64,000 nucleotides of DNA from Oikopleura dioica. Taxonomy: Eukaryota > Animalia > Chordata. The notes beneath the pieces are model-generated. The model saw nothing but the letters and a program-made list of their open reading frames with translations, made no database searches and was not told the origin of the DNA. The stretch is from NCBI GenBank assembly GCA_907165135.1, contig OU015568.1:6262001-6326000 (forward strand), given 5' to 3'. Positions 51,296 through 63,846 of this stretch are shown piece by piece (position 1 is the first letter of the stretch; each line of letters starts with the position of its first letter). Both the position numbers and the translations under genes were made by a program.

Positions 51296-52586
51296 ATGCA
51301 GATAGAAGAGAATAATATCAAAGAGAGCGGATGCTCAAAATTATCAAAACAGCCTACTTTTATGCTAGTTGCGATGGCAATTATGTCTGTTTACTGTATT
51401 TCGTGTATTCTCATGGTCATTATCTTGCCGACGGTTCTTTTAATGAAACCAATTGAAAATGACTCATCCCCGACAATTTCGACTACAACAACGACTTCAC
51501 TTAGTACAAATCTACAAAAATTCAAAATTTTTTCCTTCGGCTCCGGATGGGATGATTCTCTTCTCCCACCTGTTAGAAATGGTTTCATGCAAAAATATGT
51601 TTACGCTCGTTATGATTTATGAAATCACGTGAAACTATACTTTCGAAATGCCAAGCGCGGAGATTCAAGAGTTATCAGTCCCCGACCTCCGTTTGGCTGA
51701 TGTTGGTTATGCATTTTTAAAAGGAAAGTTCTTTCTGCTTGGCGGTCACAAAAGAGGGCGTTCGATTGCGACAGTTGAAAATTGTGAATACAAACTACTC
51801 ACAGAAACACTTCCTTTGAGATTTGACCATTATGCCGGAGCAATGGCTGTAATGAATGACAAAGGTGATAAAGAAGCATTATTTCTTCGATTTTCATTTG
51901 AAATTGAAGCTTATATGTGTTGGGATTATTATGGTGATCATATGGATGCGTGTATGACATTTGACGGTCACGTAGCAAGGTATTTTTTAATGATATTAGA
52001 TTAAAAAAATCATTTAAGTATTCTTGATGCAAAATCAAGATTTGTTCACGATTGTGGAGTTATGTGTGCGAAAGATAATTCAATTTATGGAGGCGGAGGA
52101 AGATTAAATACGAGAGAATTTGAACAATTTATCGACAATGAATGGCATTGGACAGTAGAACTCAATCATCCGTATGAAAACCTACCTAGTAGTTGCCTTA
52201 TGCTAAAATTTCTTAGTAACGAAAATGGTCTAAGGGATGCTTCTTGCATCACAGTTGATGAAGGTGTTTTGTTTCTATCATCGCGGAGTATCGGAACATA
52301 CTTATTTAATACCGAGAAAAGATCATGGAGTTACGTCGGCAACCCGGTCAGTAACTCACAATTGAAAGCATATTTATTCATAGAAAATCAGAACACCTAC
52401 AATCCGACAATTCGATACATTCATGGCAATATTTGGGCATTTCAAGGACATCATAACGACTATAATGTTCATCTTATATGGGATGGAAATTCAATTCAAG
52501 AAGGAGAAAGAGTTTATCTTCCGGAAAAATATAAAATCATGTTTCCAATAGTCATTGATGAAGATGAATACAGTCATATTTGTTGA
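51296..52586 (+). CDS. Type II membrane protein with Kelch-like beta-propeller ectodomain
   Basis: N-terminal TM, S/T stalk, repeats with FLLGG, YGGGG...W and W-AFQG across short-intron exons. Confidence 0.6.
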
Positions 52587-52649
52587 TCAAAAATATATTA
52601 AATAAATCATCAAAAAGAATAGTTTAATCAGAACTCGAATAAAAGAAAT

Positions 52650-53087
52650 TTATTCGAGTTCTTTAGAAACATTCTCAAGTAGCTTTGGATTGACGCAGTG
52701 ATTGTTTGCATCGCATTTGAGCATCGCTTCTTTTTCCTTCTTCGTCGGTTTGAAGTCGTTTAGTTTGTTTTGCTTGATGAAGTCGACCTTTTCAGTGTAG
52801 CTTTCCATCGCCTGCTTGGTAGTATAGTCCTTGACCTTTTTCCACGACTTGTACTTTGCTTTTTCATGCCAATCAAGCATGCTTGGTTTCTTTTCTTGCT
52901 CGAATTTTCCATTTTCCGTCGCTAGAAAGTATCGATCTCAGCGTCATACAAAAGTCTGACCTTGTTTGTAAAGCCCGTAAAATTCCTCGAGATCCTTTGG
53001 CCGGAGATTTGGAATATTCTCTTCAACCCATTTCGAATCCTCATGGAATTGAATTCGTAGAGCGTTTATTTCATTTATTGTGCCCAT
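52650..53087 (-). CDS. Acyl-CoA-binding (ACBP) domain protein, two exons
   Basis: FYGLYKQ|ATENG...KPSMLD...KAKYKSW...AMESYTEKV matches the ACBP pattern. Confidence 0.8.
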
Positions 53088-53240
53088 TTTTTAGCTCTTG
53101 GTTTATGAATTATGTGGGTTTTGGAGACAGGAAATGATTTTTGAATCAAAACCTTTTTTCTTCCTTGATTTCAATTTCATTTTTAAAAGAGAGACAATTA
53201 TTTGTTTTAAATTTTATTTAACAAAGCAAAAATAGGTCGA

Positions 53241-53635
53241 TACTGAATATGTAACGAATGTAACGAATGTAACGAATGTAACGAGTTTGCTGACAATGTA
53301 ACGAAAACGGAGACATGTTGTTTTTTTGTTAGCTGATTCTAGAAACTTTTTCTAAAGAGCGATCTTGGGGAGTTTTACTTTATTCAACAATTGAACATAT
53401 CGAAAAGAGCAAAAAAAGACAAAAAGAATGCAGAATAGCATAAATATGGTAGATTCGTTTTCCAAACCTGCTCTGAATGATTAAAAACGCCCGCTCCGCG
53501 GGTAAATTTGTAGGAAACTCAAGGTGATGAAATAAGATAAACAAAAAATCTCTAGAATTTTACTGACAATGTAACGAGAAAAAGACATGTTTTTGAGTTT
53601 TCGTTACATTCGTTACATTCGTTACATATTCAGTA
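53241..53635. mobile_element. ~395-bp MITE whose TIRs are built of AATGTAACG 9-mer repeats, TA-flanked (Tc1/mariner-like)
   Basis: TACTGAATATGTAACG(AATGTAACG)n mirrored by (CGTTACATT)nCGTTACATATTCAGTA. Confidence 0.8.
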
Positions 53636-54030
53636 CCGTCGCAAAAATATACAGTGTATTTTCATACAGACAGCATTATTGGAAACTAGTTATTGAAATT
53701 AAAACTGCAGAAATTTTAGTTGGGAACTGTAACAGTTTTATCTTTTTTAGTTTTTCGAATATTAGGTCATCACTTTTCGCAAAGTGTAGTTTCTCAACTC
53801 TTTACAAATGAATCATATTCGACGGGTTTTAGCAATTGTTTGAAGAAAGCTCAGGGAAGTTTTTTTTCGTTGACATTGTCGACATCATTGACATCGTTGA
53901 CCATTGTGTTTCTTTTTTGCTTCGGCTGGAGGAATTATTCTTTTTCGTCAAATTTTCTTGCAGCTGAAGTTGATTCAATCGGCCAGTCGGTTTTTTAGTA
54001 GAAAGGGTTAGTTAGGAAGGGGTCGAGACT

Positions 54031-57000
54031 TTAGCCCCACGTTCGCGGGTTCCAGGGGTTGAGCTGCGGCTGCGGCTGGGGGATGTAATTGGGCTGGTAT
54101 CCCCAGTTTTGCTGATGGCCCCAGTTTTGCTGCTGTTGGATGGGCGGCGCTCCAGAACAGGTGCACGGCACGGAGGTTATAAGCGGGCAACTTCCATCGC
54201 ACGTAAGCTTGTGATTAAGAAGACATTTGTGCACACTTCCAGCGGGGAAGAGACGCCCATCTGATTCTCCCGGCGCACGTGCCCAGAAATAAGCGTCGTG
54301 GTAGTTCATTTTCGACGATTTTGACTTGCAACGCATTCGGTTGTTTTTCATGCTGATCGATTTCATGATTCCTTCAGCTGTTTCTCGATCGAGTAAGCCA
54401 TTCCCGGACTTGCCACTTCCTTTTGGAGCCTTGGGGCCTGGACCAGCAAGACCTGGGTTGCCACGAGGAGCTTTGTGAATCGCCCTGATTTTCCCAGAAG
54501 AGGTTCGCGAAGGAAGCCCAGCATTTCCACCAGCGCCGAATCCGTTCGCCATTTTGAGCTGTGGCATTCCGTCCATCGGGGCATTAGCAAGGGTATTCCT
54601 TACATTTGCGTTGAGGAAAGGGCCTTGGCTTGACCAGCCGCGGCTCACCTGCTGCTGAACCCCGAAATCAGTCGAGTACAGACCGCGGCGGCCACGTGAC
54701 ATGGCACTTCTGCGACGTCTTCTGCCACGAGCGTCCACGGGTTTCTTCGAAGCAAAGCCCCATCCAGGATTGTTGGATTTCTTAATATTCGGAGGGTCGA
54801 ATCGGCACTCAGCGGCTTCTTCGAGCGTGCTCTTCTGCGAAAACGCGCCGCCATTTCTCCCCGTATCCATGATGTAGTGAAGATTCGTCGCGCAGGAGAG
54901 CTGGCGGGCGAAGAGCTCGACCGTAGTTGAATTTGAGTAGAAGGCGGTGTTGATGGCGAAACCGCGAAGACCCTGAAAATTGGCTTTGTTAGAGCAGGCG
55001 TGTTTGGAAAGAAACAAGTTGTAAAAAGGTCGCGAGTCGGTTTTAGAAACTCTTTTCTTCAAATAGAAAAACAAATATGAACCAACTACTCTTTTTTCAC
55101 GCTGCCTAATGCAAAATGATGCTAACTCGAGACTAAGCACTACATGCCTATCTGGTTAAACACGTGATTGGCCCGCCTTTGAACTTGTTTAGAAAGTTTT
55201 TTTTTCGTGCGGGCAGATGAGCCTCGCTCAGATCTTTCGGCAGCCGAATTTATCTGTCTCTTTTTCGCGGTTGAAAGTTCACTTTACCTGGAGTCGGACT
55301 AACGTCATCGAAGCAAATTCAAGGTGAGCATCGACCGAGAGCCAGACTGGATCGCCAGCGTCGAGGTACACCCACGATTTCTAGGGAAAAGGGATAAGTT
55401 TGAAAGGGAATGGAGGGAGGTACCTTGAGAGCGTTTGTCATCATTTGAGCTCGGCGGAGAAACTCGTCGAGATAGATTCCGTTCTCGTAGTTGTATTGTT
55501 GGTTGATTTCGTCGAAGGTAAGTTGGAGCAGTTTTGGCTCGAGAATGACCAGAGATGGAATGTCCAAAAGTTGCTGAAAAAAATGAGATACAAAAACCAG
55601 AACTCATTAATTTTTATTGTAGCTAAAGAGTTTTTGTTACTAGAAAATTCGAATATCTCAACATAGGATGATTTTGCCTGAAATGGTCGTCGATTGACTG
55701 AATCTTAGATTTTGCTATAAACTACGAGAGGAGATGAGCTATCAAAGGACTTCCGCCGTCAAGCGGATTCAGAACTAGTCATGCTCACATTTGATTGATT
55801 AGTGTCTAATCATAAGACGTTTCAATTTACCTTTTTGTACACGTTGAGTCTCTCGTCGTAGCTCTCCCAGTCCTCGTGAATCGGCTCCCCATCATAAAAG
55901 TTCAGGTCATCTTGATTCAAAATGAGCTTGTACCCAGCTGGCCGCATGGAAATAATAACCGTCGGAATCTGCCCACGACACGCCATTACTTTGATGTCCT
56001 TGAAGGTAGCCTGTTCTAGCGTTCACAATTTGCGAGAATTCAAAGTTCAAAACGACCTTTTGTTTAATCAAAAAAGATTGCTCCGGGGACAGTTTTCAAT
56101 CAAACAAAAATTCTAAAATTCAAGGTTCAAAAATTCAAATTCCAGAGGCATTTTTTTATGTAACAAAAATTTTGAAAATCAGGTTTTTTTTCATGAAAAC
56201 TCATTTTTTTCCTCAAAAAAAAAATTATAAAAAACTGTACATTTGAAGTACTGTAATTGAAAAACTGAAGGAATTGGCACGGAATTGGACACATTTCCGC
56301 GACGGGTTAAAAATTATTTTCTTCAAAGAAAAGCATTTTCTGAACTAAAAATTGGTCTTGAGAGAACGCTAAACCCAGGGTTCGGTAATTTGAGCTCACG
56401 CTAAAACTCAAGGAAACAAAGCTTGAGACTCACGTTTTTAATTTGAGTTTTGAGAACTCAGAGATGAGAAATCAATTCTGGCGATCCATGAGCCAATCAA
56501 GGAAGCGCTCGCTTAATTTGAGTTTTGAAAACTCAAAACTCTCAAATCTCCCAAAAACTCAAAACTCTCAAAATCTCAAATCTTCTCAAAATGATTTCTC
56601 AAGTCACTTTGAGTTCTCAATTTGAGGAAATTTGAGCGTCTAGCCAAAATGAGTTTTAGCTTGAGCTCGAATTACCGAACCCTGGCTAAACCAAAAATTA
56701 ACATTCTCAAGAAAAAGAAGTGCTCTCATCAGAAAAATTTCTAGCTTTCTATTTCGACAGTAGGGTGTGGTCGTAGCTGGCTCACCTGCGAAACACTCCC
56801 GTCGCGGTTATGGAAAAGACGAAAAAGGTGTGCTGGGAAAGCTGAGTTAATTGCGCGCGAGCGGGTTAAAAAATTTCAAGTGCTTCCGCGCTTTTGAAAA
56901 AATACGAGGGCACTTGGCGAGAGTGAAAATTTTACGCGGTTTTGGAACGAGCACAGCGCATCATTTTACGAAAATTACTGGTTCTTGCCTGGTTTTACGG

Positions 57001-58751
57001 TTTTTTTGGGCCGAAAAAGAAACTTGCTTTTTGAAGAAATATTAGTTTTAAAAATAGCTCTTTCACCTGAGCATACTTGTTCCTTGAAACAAGAACTTTT
57101 CAGTTTTCTCAAAAAATATATTTCTAGTGTCCTTTTGAAAAAGAGTAGTCTTAAAATAAAATCTCTTAAAAAAAGGATCGTTACCCAAGAACGAAAACGA
57201 TAGGGTTATCAGTTGTTATGTTGGAATGCGTCTGTTCGCTCGGCAGGTGATCAGATAACGCCATGTCTTATCAGCCAAGTGTCAGGGGCCATAAAATTCC
57301 AAAAGCTTTTTGAAGCTTCCCTTGTTTTAAGAAAAAATGAGCGCACTTAGAAAACCTGACTAATCTACGCAGCCAAGCGTCATTAAGAAAACCTAGCGGG
57401 CTCTTATCACTTCCGAAAGTCTGAACCGGGTTCAGCCAAAAAATAAAAAACGCTTTCCTGATCTTGGACGGGATCGCCGCGCAGCCAGAAGGCACCTTTT
57501 TTAAGCTCCTTGCCAGAATCATCGTTGACGCTAAATATGTTTTTAATCGTAAGCTGCGCACGCGATGATAAGAGGAAATTATTTTGAAACTATTTTTAGA
57601 ATGGCTAAATTGCAGCGAAAAATTCCGTAAAGCAATTATTGGTTTTCGAGTTATTTTGAAGGGGTTAAAGAAATTTAACCCATTCAAGCTGATGAACCAT
57701 AAAATTGGCAAACCGAATTTTTGGGTTGCACCCGAAATTAAACCGAAAATATGGTTTACCAATTTTTTGGTTCATCAGCTAGAATGGGTTAAGTTTTTTT
57801 AACCCCTTGAGAATAAGTATTCCACTTTTTAGTCGTCTAAATCTTACCCAGTTTTGATGAGTCCAATCGAGTCTTTGCCCAATTTCGCCGTGTATTTCTT
57901 CTGGCACCTCTTGAGCACCTCGTCATCATCTTTCAGTTTTGAGATGGCGATGGTAGTAGGAGCGACTGAAGGAGTGTGTAATTTAGATGCATTAGAAGCT
58001 GGTATTAGCCCTCATCCTCTTACAAGAGATTTTCTAATCCAGCTTTGCGCGATTAGCCATTAGCCCCTTTTTCTAAGTCCCTGTCCAAACACGCGCTTCT
58101 GCTGGATTTAAGGTACTACCCCACGAGTTCAGAAGCGTGCATGCTACATCCAACATGCTAAGCGCTGATTGGATATCGTAATTCTAGTTTCCAATCATCA
58201 CTTTTTCATGATGAAAAGCTTGTTGTCAAAATATCTTTTCCTCGGTTGAATAATTTTTAATTATTCAATTCACTTTTTCTGTTTTCACCAAAACAGAAAT
58301 AGATTTTGTTATAAATTATAAGATAGAAGTAATAGTCGAAATACTGTAATTCTCATTTTTAACTAATTTCGGCTAAAATTCCAATTTTTCTTGCAAAAAA
58401 TCGAGAAGCTTCTTGCGGCTTCGAGCAAAAAGAAAAAGAAAAGCCGCGCTTCGCGCGGCTCAATTTGTCTTTTTTTTGCTCGAAGCCGCAAGCGGCTTCT
58501 CGACTGTTAGTGTAAATCATGATTTTACCTGTTGTAGAAGTTGCTAACGCAAGTTCTTTCTCCATCTTTTCCCTTTTCAAAATCGTCAGAATTCCGACAA
58601 CTCCACCAACAAGAACAAGAAAAACAATCATGCAAAAGCATTTTTTGGAAACTGCGGGTTTGGGCTCGTCCTCTACGATAACGCTGTCGGGTGGCGAGAC
58701 TGGCGGTGATATTCCAGCTTCTTGCGCTTTGGCCGCATGTTTTGCGTCCAT
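54031..58751 (-). CDS. Type II membrane-anchored glycoside hydrolase family 6 (GH6)-like protein, probably catalytically inactive
   Basis: Exons give cytoplasmic N-terminus + TM (58529-58751), stalk, AFWL, DIPSLVILEPK, VYLDAGDPVW, LRGFAINTAFY, YIMDTGRNG and DAYFWARAPGESDG. Splice phases are consistent, but two small middle exons are tentative. Confidence 0.82.
56376..56684. mobile_element. hAT-like MITE (309 bp) in a GH6 intron
   Basis: TIR CAGGGTTCGGTAATTYGAGCTCA and 8-bp TSD GCTAAACC. Internal GAGTTTTGARAACTC repeats. Confidence 0.9.
57679..57788. mobile_element. piggyBac-like MITE (110 bp) in a GH6 intron
   Basis: TTAA|CCCATTCWAGCTGATGAACCA...TGGTTCATCAGCTAGAATGGG|TTAA; ~36-bp TIR. Confidence 0.85.
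58397..58503. mobile_element. Palindromic element family B, intronic in the GH6 gene
   Basis: AAAATCGAGAAGC...GCGGCTTCGAG / CTCGAAGCCGCAAGCGGCTTCTCGA with a central hairpin. Confidence 0.7.
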
Positions 58752-59956
58752 CAGACTGTCTTTTCAAGTGGCTAACAAAGCTGCACCAGGTTCTACGAGT
58801 AGTGTTTCAAGTATTTTGGAAAAAACGTTTTCTTCTATCTTTCTAAATTTGACAAAAAAAATAAAAAAAAAAGATAGTCGTCAAATTTTCGGATGTTCTT
58901 ATTTATAAGCCCTCTCTGTGCCCGGTAGTTGTTAAGAGATTATCTCAAAAAGATTATCTGCTAGCTTGCAATTTTTTTTCTTGAGAGAGAAGTTATTTTG
59001 CTTTCTTGGCTCGGTCAAGCTGCCATCAAAGGATTACGCCGCTCCCGCTACTAGAAACGCGCTCGAATCAGAGACCTAAGCCATTTTATGATTTGAACGT
59101 AAACGCGGCCGAAAAATTTGTCAGCAGCCGAGAAATTTATTATATCTCATTTTAATCTCGTGTTAAATAAATTAAAATTTTATGCTTAAACCACGTGGCT
59201 TGCTGCTTTTGATTCGATTGCTACTGAAATAACGCATAATAAAATCGAGCTGTTCTCAGTTCAGAAACCTGTGTAAAAGCCCGAGTCAGAATTTCTGAAA
59301 GTCCTTTTTTGGAAAAAGCACAAATATTTTTTTAATTCTGCGGCTATTTTTGGGACCCTTTGTTTCAGCGGGTTAAATTGGCTATTTCGAGTTATGGCCG
59401 TGGTGGATTTCAATGAACTTGAATTTATAATAAGAAATTTCAAATTTTCAAATAATGAATTTGGCATGTGGAGCTGACAGAGTGGCGGTTTGAACGTGCG
59501 CTCTTGTCTTCAATTGAATTAGCTGATATGCTAAGTCATACAAGAAAAGACTCAAAATTTAAGATTTTGAAAAGCGACCGAAAATGTGCCCGCAATAGGG
59601 ACGTGTACGCGGTTCCATTTCTGAATTTAAGAATTACCGCTTTTCTGAACCGGTTCAAAAATGAAGGAAATAAATTGGCCGCGGTTTTAGGGAGAAACAT
59701 TTATGTTAGAGGTTCTTTAGAGAGCCGAGCGTGTTTATTTTAAGAAGAGCAGTCAGCATCATGCGTCGGCGCATCAATTTTGATGATGCAAGTCGCAGAA
59801 GAGGGTGTTGATAAATTTTACCAGAAAAAGCATATACAGCAGATTCGCCTTTCAAAGTTCCGAATTCCGCGCTCCCGGATTTTCAAAAAAAATATCTTCT
59901 TTTAGAAAAATTTCGAAAATCTAAGAATAAAAATCACCACTGATGATCTAAAATCT

Positions 59957-60034
59957 GGCCCCGGAAATCTGTGTAGAAATCCTGAGTCAGGGCCCTGGCT
60001 CAGGATAATCATCTCTACACAGGTTGCAGAGGCC
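59957..60034. mobile_element. MITE family A, minimal copy (TIRs almost abutting)
   Basis: CTGTGTAGAAATCCTGAGTCAGGG followed by CCCTGGCTCAGG...CTACACAGGTTGC. Confidence 0.7.
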
Positions 60035-60576
60035 AAATCTGATTTGTATTGGAAGATAAAGGTAGATTTAGTAGAGAGAAAAGCATATTTATGTTAGCAG
60101 GAAAAGTGAGTGATAGGATATAAAAGGATAAGCGCTTTATCTACCCGTGTATATCTTGTATCCATGCATACTCTTGGTGTTTCAATACACGATTAGCTTT
60201 ACGCTAAATTCGTCGTCTAGGAAGTGCGAATCGCGATAAGAAAGTACAGTAAGGGGCGAAATCCACGTATGCAAAGTCTTCAAGGAAGTTTCGGAAGCCC
60301 GCAAAAAGGTGACGGGTCACGTGCCATTCGCTTAATTTAAGGAAAACGCATCCTGGTAAATGCGGTAAGAAATCGGAAGAATCGCATTCCTGGAGAAATT
60401 CATTTCAGAAAAATGTCAGCAAAAACACGAGAAGGTGAACTGCAGTTTTTCTAAAGTGAGTCTGACTCGCGAGCCACGTTGAATATTGAATCAAATTTTC
60501 AAATCTGGCCACCCAAAGAAAGGGAAAATTGACAGGTCTCATCAACTTAGTTTTCTATAATTTTGGCCTGATTTAA

Positions 60577-60823
60577 GGGTGGAGACATCGATATTTCACA
60601 TTTTTTATAAAAAAATTAGGGTCTCCAAAAATCAATTTTCGAGAAAAGCGCATCTGAAAGTCCATTTTTATCGATAGCTGTCCCCTTAATTTAATTTGAT
60701 CAGATTTAAAAGAGTGGACATCGATATTCAAAATTTTTTTCGAAAAAATAAGGGTGTCTAAAAGTTAATTTTAGAAGAAAAATTGCATTTCGAAAAGTCC
60801 ATTTTTCATCAATAGCAACCCCC
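60577..60823. mobile_element. Two tandem ~110-bp related units, each TTAA|RR...CCC|TTAA (Kolobok-like MITEs)
   Basis: Both units share GACATCGATATT...AAAGTCCATTTT...CCCCTTAA. A third start TTAAGGGGG follows at 60824. Confidence 0.55.
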
Positions 60824-61280
60824 TTAAGGGGGAGGTGGTCGAAAAATTTTTTTTTCGATTTTCAAAATTTTGATTATTTTTTGAATTTTCCATAAAAAAA
60901 GGAGCATTCAAGGTCTCAGGCTATGCAGTGCATAGTATGCACTCTTGGTCCCCGGCTAAATTCGTGGCTTTCTTGTTAGAAATTGTTTGGTAGTCAACGT
61001 AATACTCTGTTGCCGCCCAAAACACGCGACTATCGCTTGTCCATTCTCAACCCCGCGTGGCCGGCGCGTGCTAGAAAATGCATATCGCCAGTGCTGGGGA
61101 ATGCTCAAGCACTTGTTTTGCATTGTGGTCTTGTGAAATTCGCGCGAACACGACTTTCGTAATCATAATTTTTTTTCGCGACCGACCAAATGACAGGAAA
61201 TTACTTGACGAATCTTCAAGATAAAATTTACAAAACAAGATTAATTTTCCTCAATTGCTTATTTAGAAATTGAACTTGGT

Positions 61281-61490
61281 AACCTGTGTAGAAAACCTGA
61301 GTCGGAGTCTGAATGATCTCTAATGAAAAGCCGCGTAGCGGCTTTTTTAAAAACAAAGCCGCGAAGCGGCTTCGCCAAAATTTAGAGGGTTAATTTGCGA
61401 AGCCGCTTTGCGGCTTCGTTTAAGAAAAGCCGCGAGGCGGCTTTTTAATGAAGATTTTTCGGATCCTGACTCAGGTTTTCTACACAAGTT
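61281..61490. mobile_element. MITE family A with four hairpin modules
   Basis: Family A TIRs. Modules with GTA, GAA, TTT and GAG loops. Confidence 0.85.
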
Positions 61491-62099
61491 GCCGAGCTCA
61501 GAAACAAAAATTTAAAAGATAGAGAAGTTTTTGTTGACAAAATAGGAGCTGAATTGCATTACTGAAAGGCCCTTTTCAAAAGTTTACTGACCTACTTTCA
61601 GTTTCTATTTTCATCTATTTTACGAAATTAGAAATTGAATTCAGGTCATCCTTTTAAAAAGCGGGATTTTTAGCTAAACACAACGCAACGCATAAATTAA
61701 CGGTTTAGGAAACAAAAAGCTGGTTTCAATTCCTCGAAATTCAAAATCGAAGAAATTCTAGTGGCGAAAAAAATACGTCGGAAAACGAAGGGTGTTGCTG
61801 GCGCATATGCTCTGGTTTGAATTCAACGTGCGGAAAGTAGAAAAGCCCCGTGAAAAATCCATTCGGAGGAGGACGTTGTTTTTGAAATAAAATTGAAAAG
61901 TAGGCAGAAAATATGATGAAAATTATGTTAGAAAGATGCGACAAATATTTCAGATATTTCCGAAGCAGTAACGAAGATTCCACTGACGATCGAAATTGCA
62001 GATTGAAATTTTGATTTGAAAAATAAATAAATGTAATATTTCTTTATAAAAACAATTTTTTCCAGTAAAATATCACAAAATTGCAGCGATTCTTCTTAA

Positions 62100-62214
62100 G
62101 GGGACCCCGAACGATATTCCGATTATATGAAAAATCCCTTAATTTCAATAGTATATGAATATATGGGATTAAAAGTGATATTTTGATTAACAGAAAATAT
62201 CATCCTGGGTCCCC
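62100..62214. mobile_element. Kolobok-like MITE (115 bp)
   Basis: TTAA|GGGGACCC...GGGTCCCC|TTAA. Confidence 0.65.
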
Positions 62215-62559
62215 TTAATTTTAATTGGAAATAAGCATTAGAAGCCCTTAAAAATAAGCTTCCATTTTCAATAAAATTTGTTAGCCATTCCTGTTTGATG
62301 ATAAAAAAAGTCTTCTTTTTCTTCAAATACAAATCTCTAGTCGATCGACTTTTCTAGTGACGATCAATTTTTTATCTTTAAAAAAAGGTATTTTTTACAA
62401 TTAATTTCTGATGTTTCTTCGTGTTCCAGCAAAAGGTCACGAAGAATTTTCTTCTTTTTTTCTCTCTTTTTGGTATTTTTAAAATGGTCAATGTCAAACT
62501 CCGGGATGAATTTTCAACGGAGGAGGAGAGAAAGAGCACGCGAGCGCGAGAATTTTCCT

Positions 62560-62585
62560 CCACCAGAGGGAGAGCGCCATCTGCA
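62560..62585. promoter_or_regulatory. Two adjacent opposite-strand CTCF-like motifs in a GC-rich island
   Basis: CCACCAGAGGGAG on + and TGCAGATGGCGC on -. Motif resemblance only. Confidence 0.25.
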
Positions 62586-63748
62586 CCGCCGCGGAACTTG
62601 GTGCAACTTGCACCATTTTTTCCCTTAGAAGCGAAGCCGATTGGACAGAGTGGAGGGTGGAGGAGGTGGACTTGACTTTCTTTCTAGCGCGCTGTCAACT
62701 TTTGAGATTGAACATGAAGTTAGACCATCACCGCGACTTTCCGGTCTAGTCAGCTCGATGATCTAGCTTCAATTATGAAGTTATTAAATGATTGGCAAGG
62801 CAATTATGAAAAAAGAGAAGGGGGTAATTATTGGAGATTTAGACGTTTTGCTATCAATTATTATCAAGAAAGTCTGAAAATAAAGATTATTAAAGTCAGA
62901 TGATAATATATAATATAATATAAAATTATAGTCAATGGCTTTATTTCTATGTTGTTGTTCATGGTGTTTTTTTAAAGTCAACCCTTTCTTCCTGCAAAAA
63001 TACATATTACCTCGTCAAAATTTGTTCTTTATGGTTTTTGAAAATTGATTGGAAGAAGGAAAAATTATATAACTAGAATTTCTCCTGCTAGAAATTATCA
63101 TCGACAAGCAGTATTCTGATGCTCTTGTTATTCCAAGAAATACCGGGAGTAACCTTCAGAGAAGAAGTGTTCCACAAGAAGTCGCTAAAAGCGATGACCC
63201 CTGCTCATTTCTTAGATAAGAGAGTAAATTCTGCGGTTTCTGGCTCATTTCTTTTTATCGCTCGTTCAAGTACTTCTTTCCTGACTTCCGGCGCTTTAGT
63301 TTTACTAAGTCCTTTTTCCAAAGAATTAAAAATGTTGTTAATTAGATCAGCTTCTAGATAGTTAAGAAACAAGTGATTTAATGATTTCATTTAATTTATA
63401 AGCCCCTATTTCATTATTTTGTAAGTCCGAAACTAGCTTTTTCCTGATTTCACAACAAACCCCGTACGTTGCATATTTCTTTCCCCAATATTTAGGTTTA
63501 CAATAAGGAAGGTCGGTTTCAATAAAAAAAATTAGTCTTTTTCGAAAATTGGATCAGAAATTAAATTTGGTTTTTGTTCGAAAGTTCACCAACTCGCAAC
63601 TGTTCCACATAATGCATTAACGTAGAATTAACCGTGAAAATATTGAGTTGCAAGAAAAATGATTCGTAAAGGATTTTACGATTCGGGAAGGATCAAAGAG
63701 GGATTAACGATAACAAAAGCAGAACTCTCAATTTATTGAAAGAGCTGC

Positions 63749-63846
63749 AAAAATCGAGAAGCCGCTTGCGGCTTCGAGTCAGCGAAAACATAAGCGGTTT
63801 TTTTTAGTTTCTTTAACTCGTAGCCGCAAGCGCCTTCTCGATTTTT
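63749..63846. mobile_element. Palindromic element family B
   Basis: AAAAATCGAGAAGCCGCTTGCGGCTTCGAG / CTCGTAGCCGCAAGCGCCTTCTCGATTTTT. Confidence 0.7.

Noticed and set aside
53241-53635. AATGTAACG repeats as a CRISPR-like or telomere-like array
   Set aside because: They are mirrored at both ends of a 395-bp unit, which makes them MITE TIR substructure.
62784-63390. Short minus-strand ORFs (63205-63390, 62784-63005)
   Set aside because: Possibly exons of a gene entering from the right, but there is no recognisable domain or reliable splice model.
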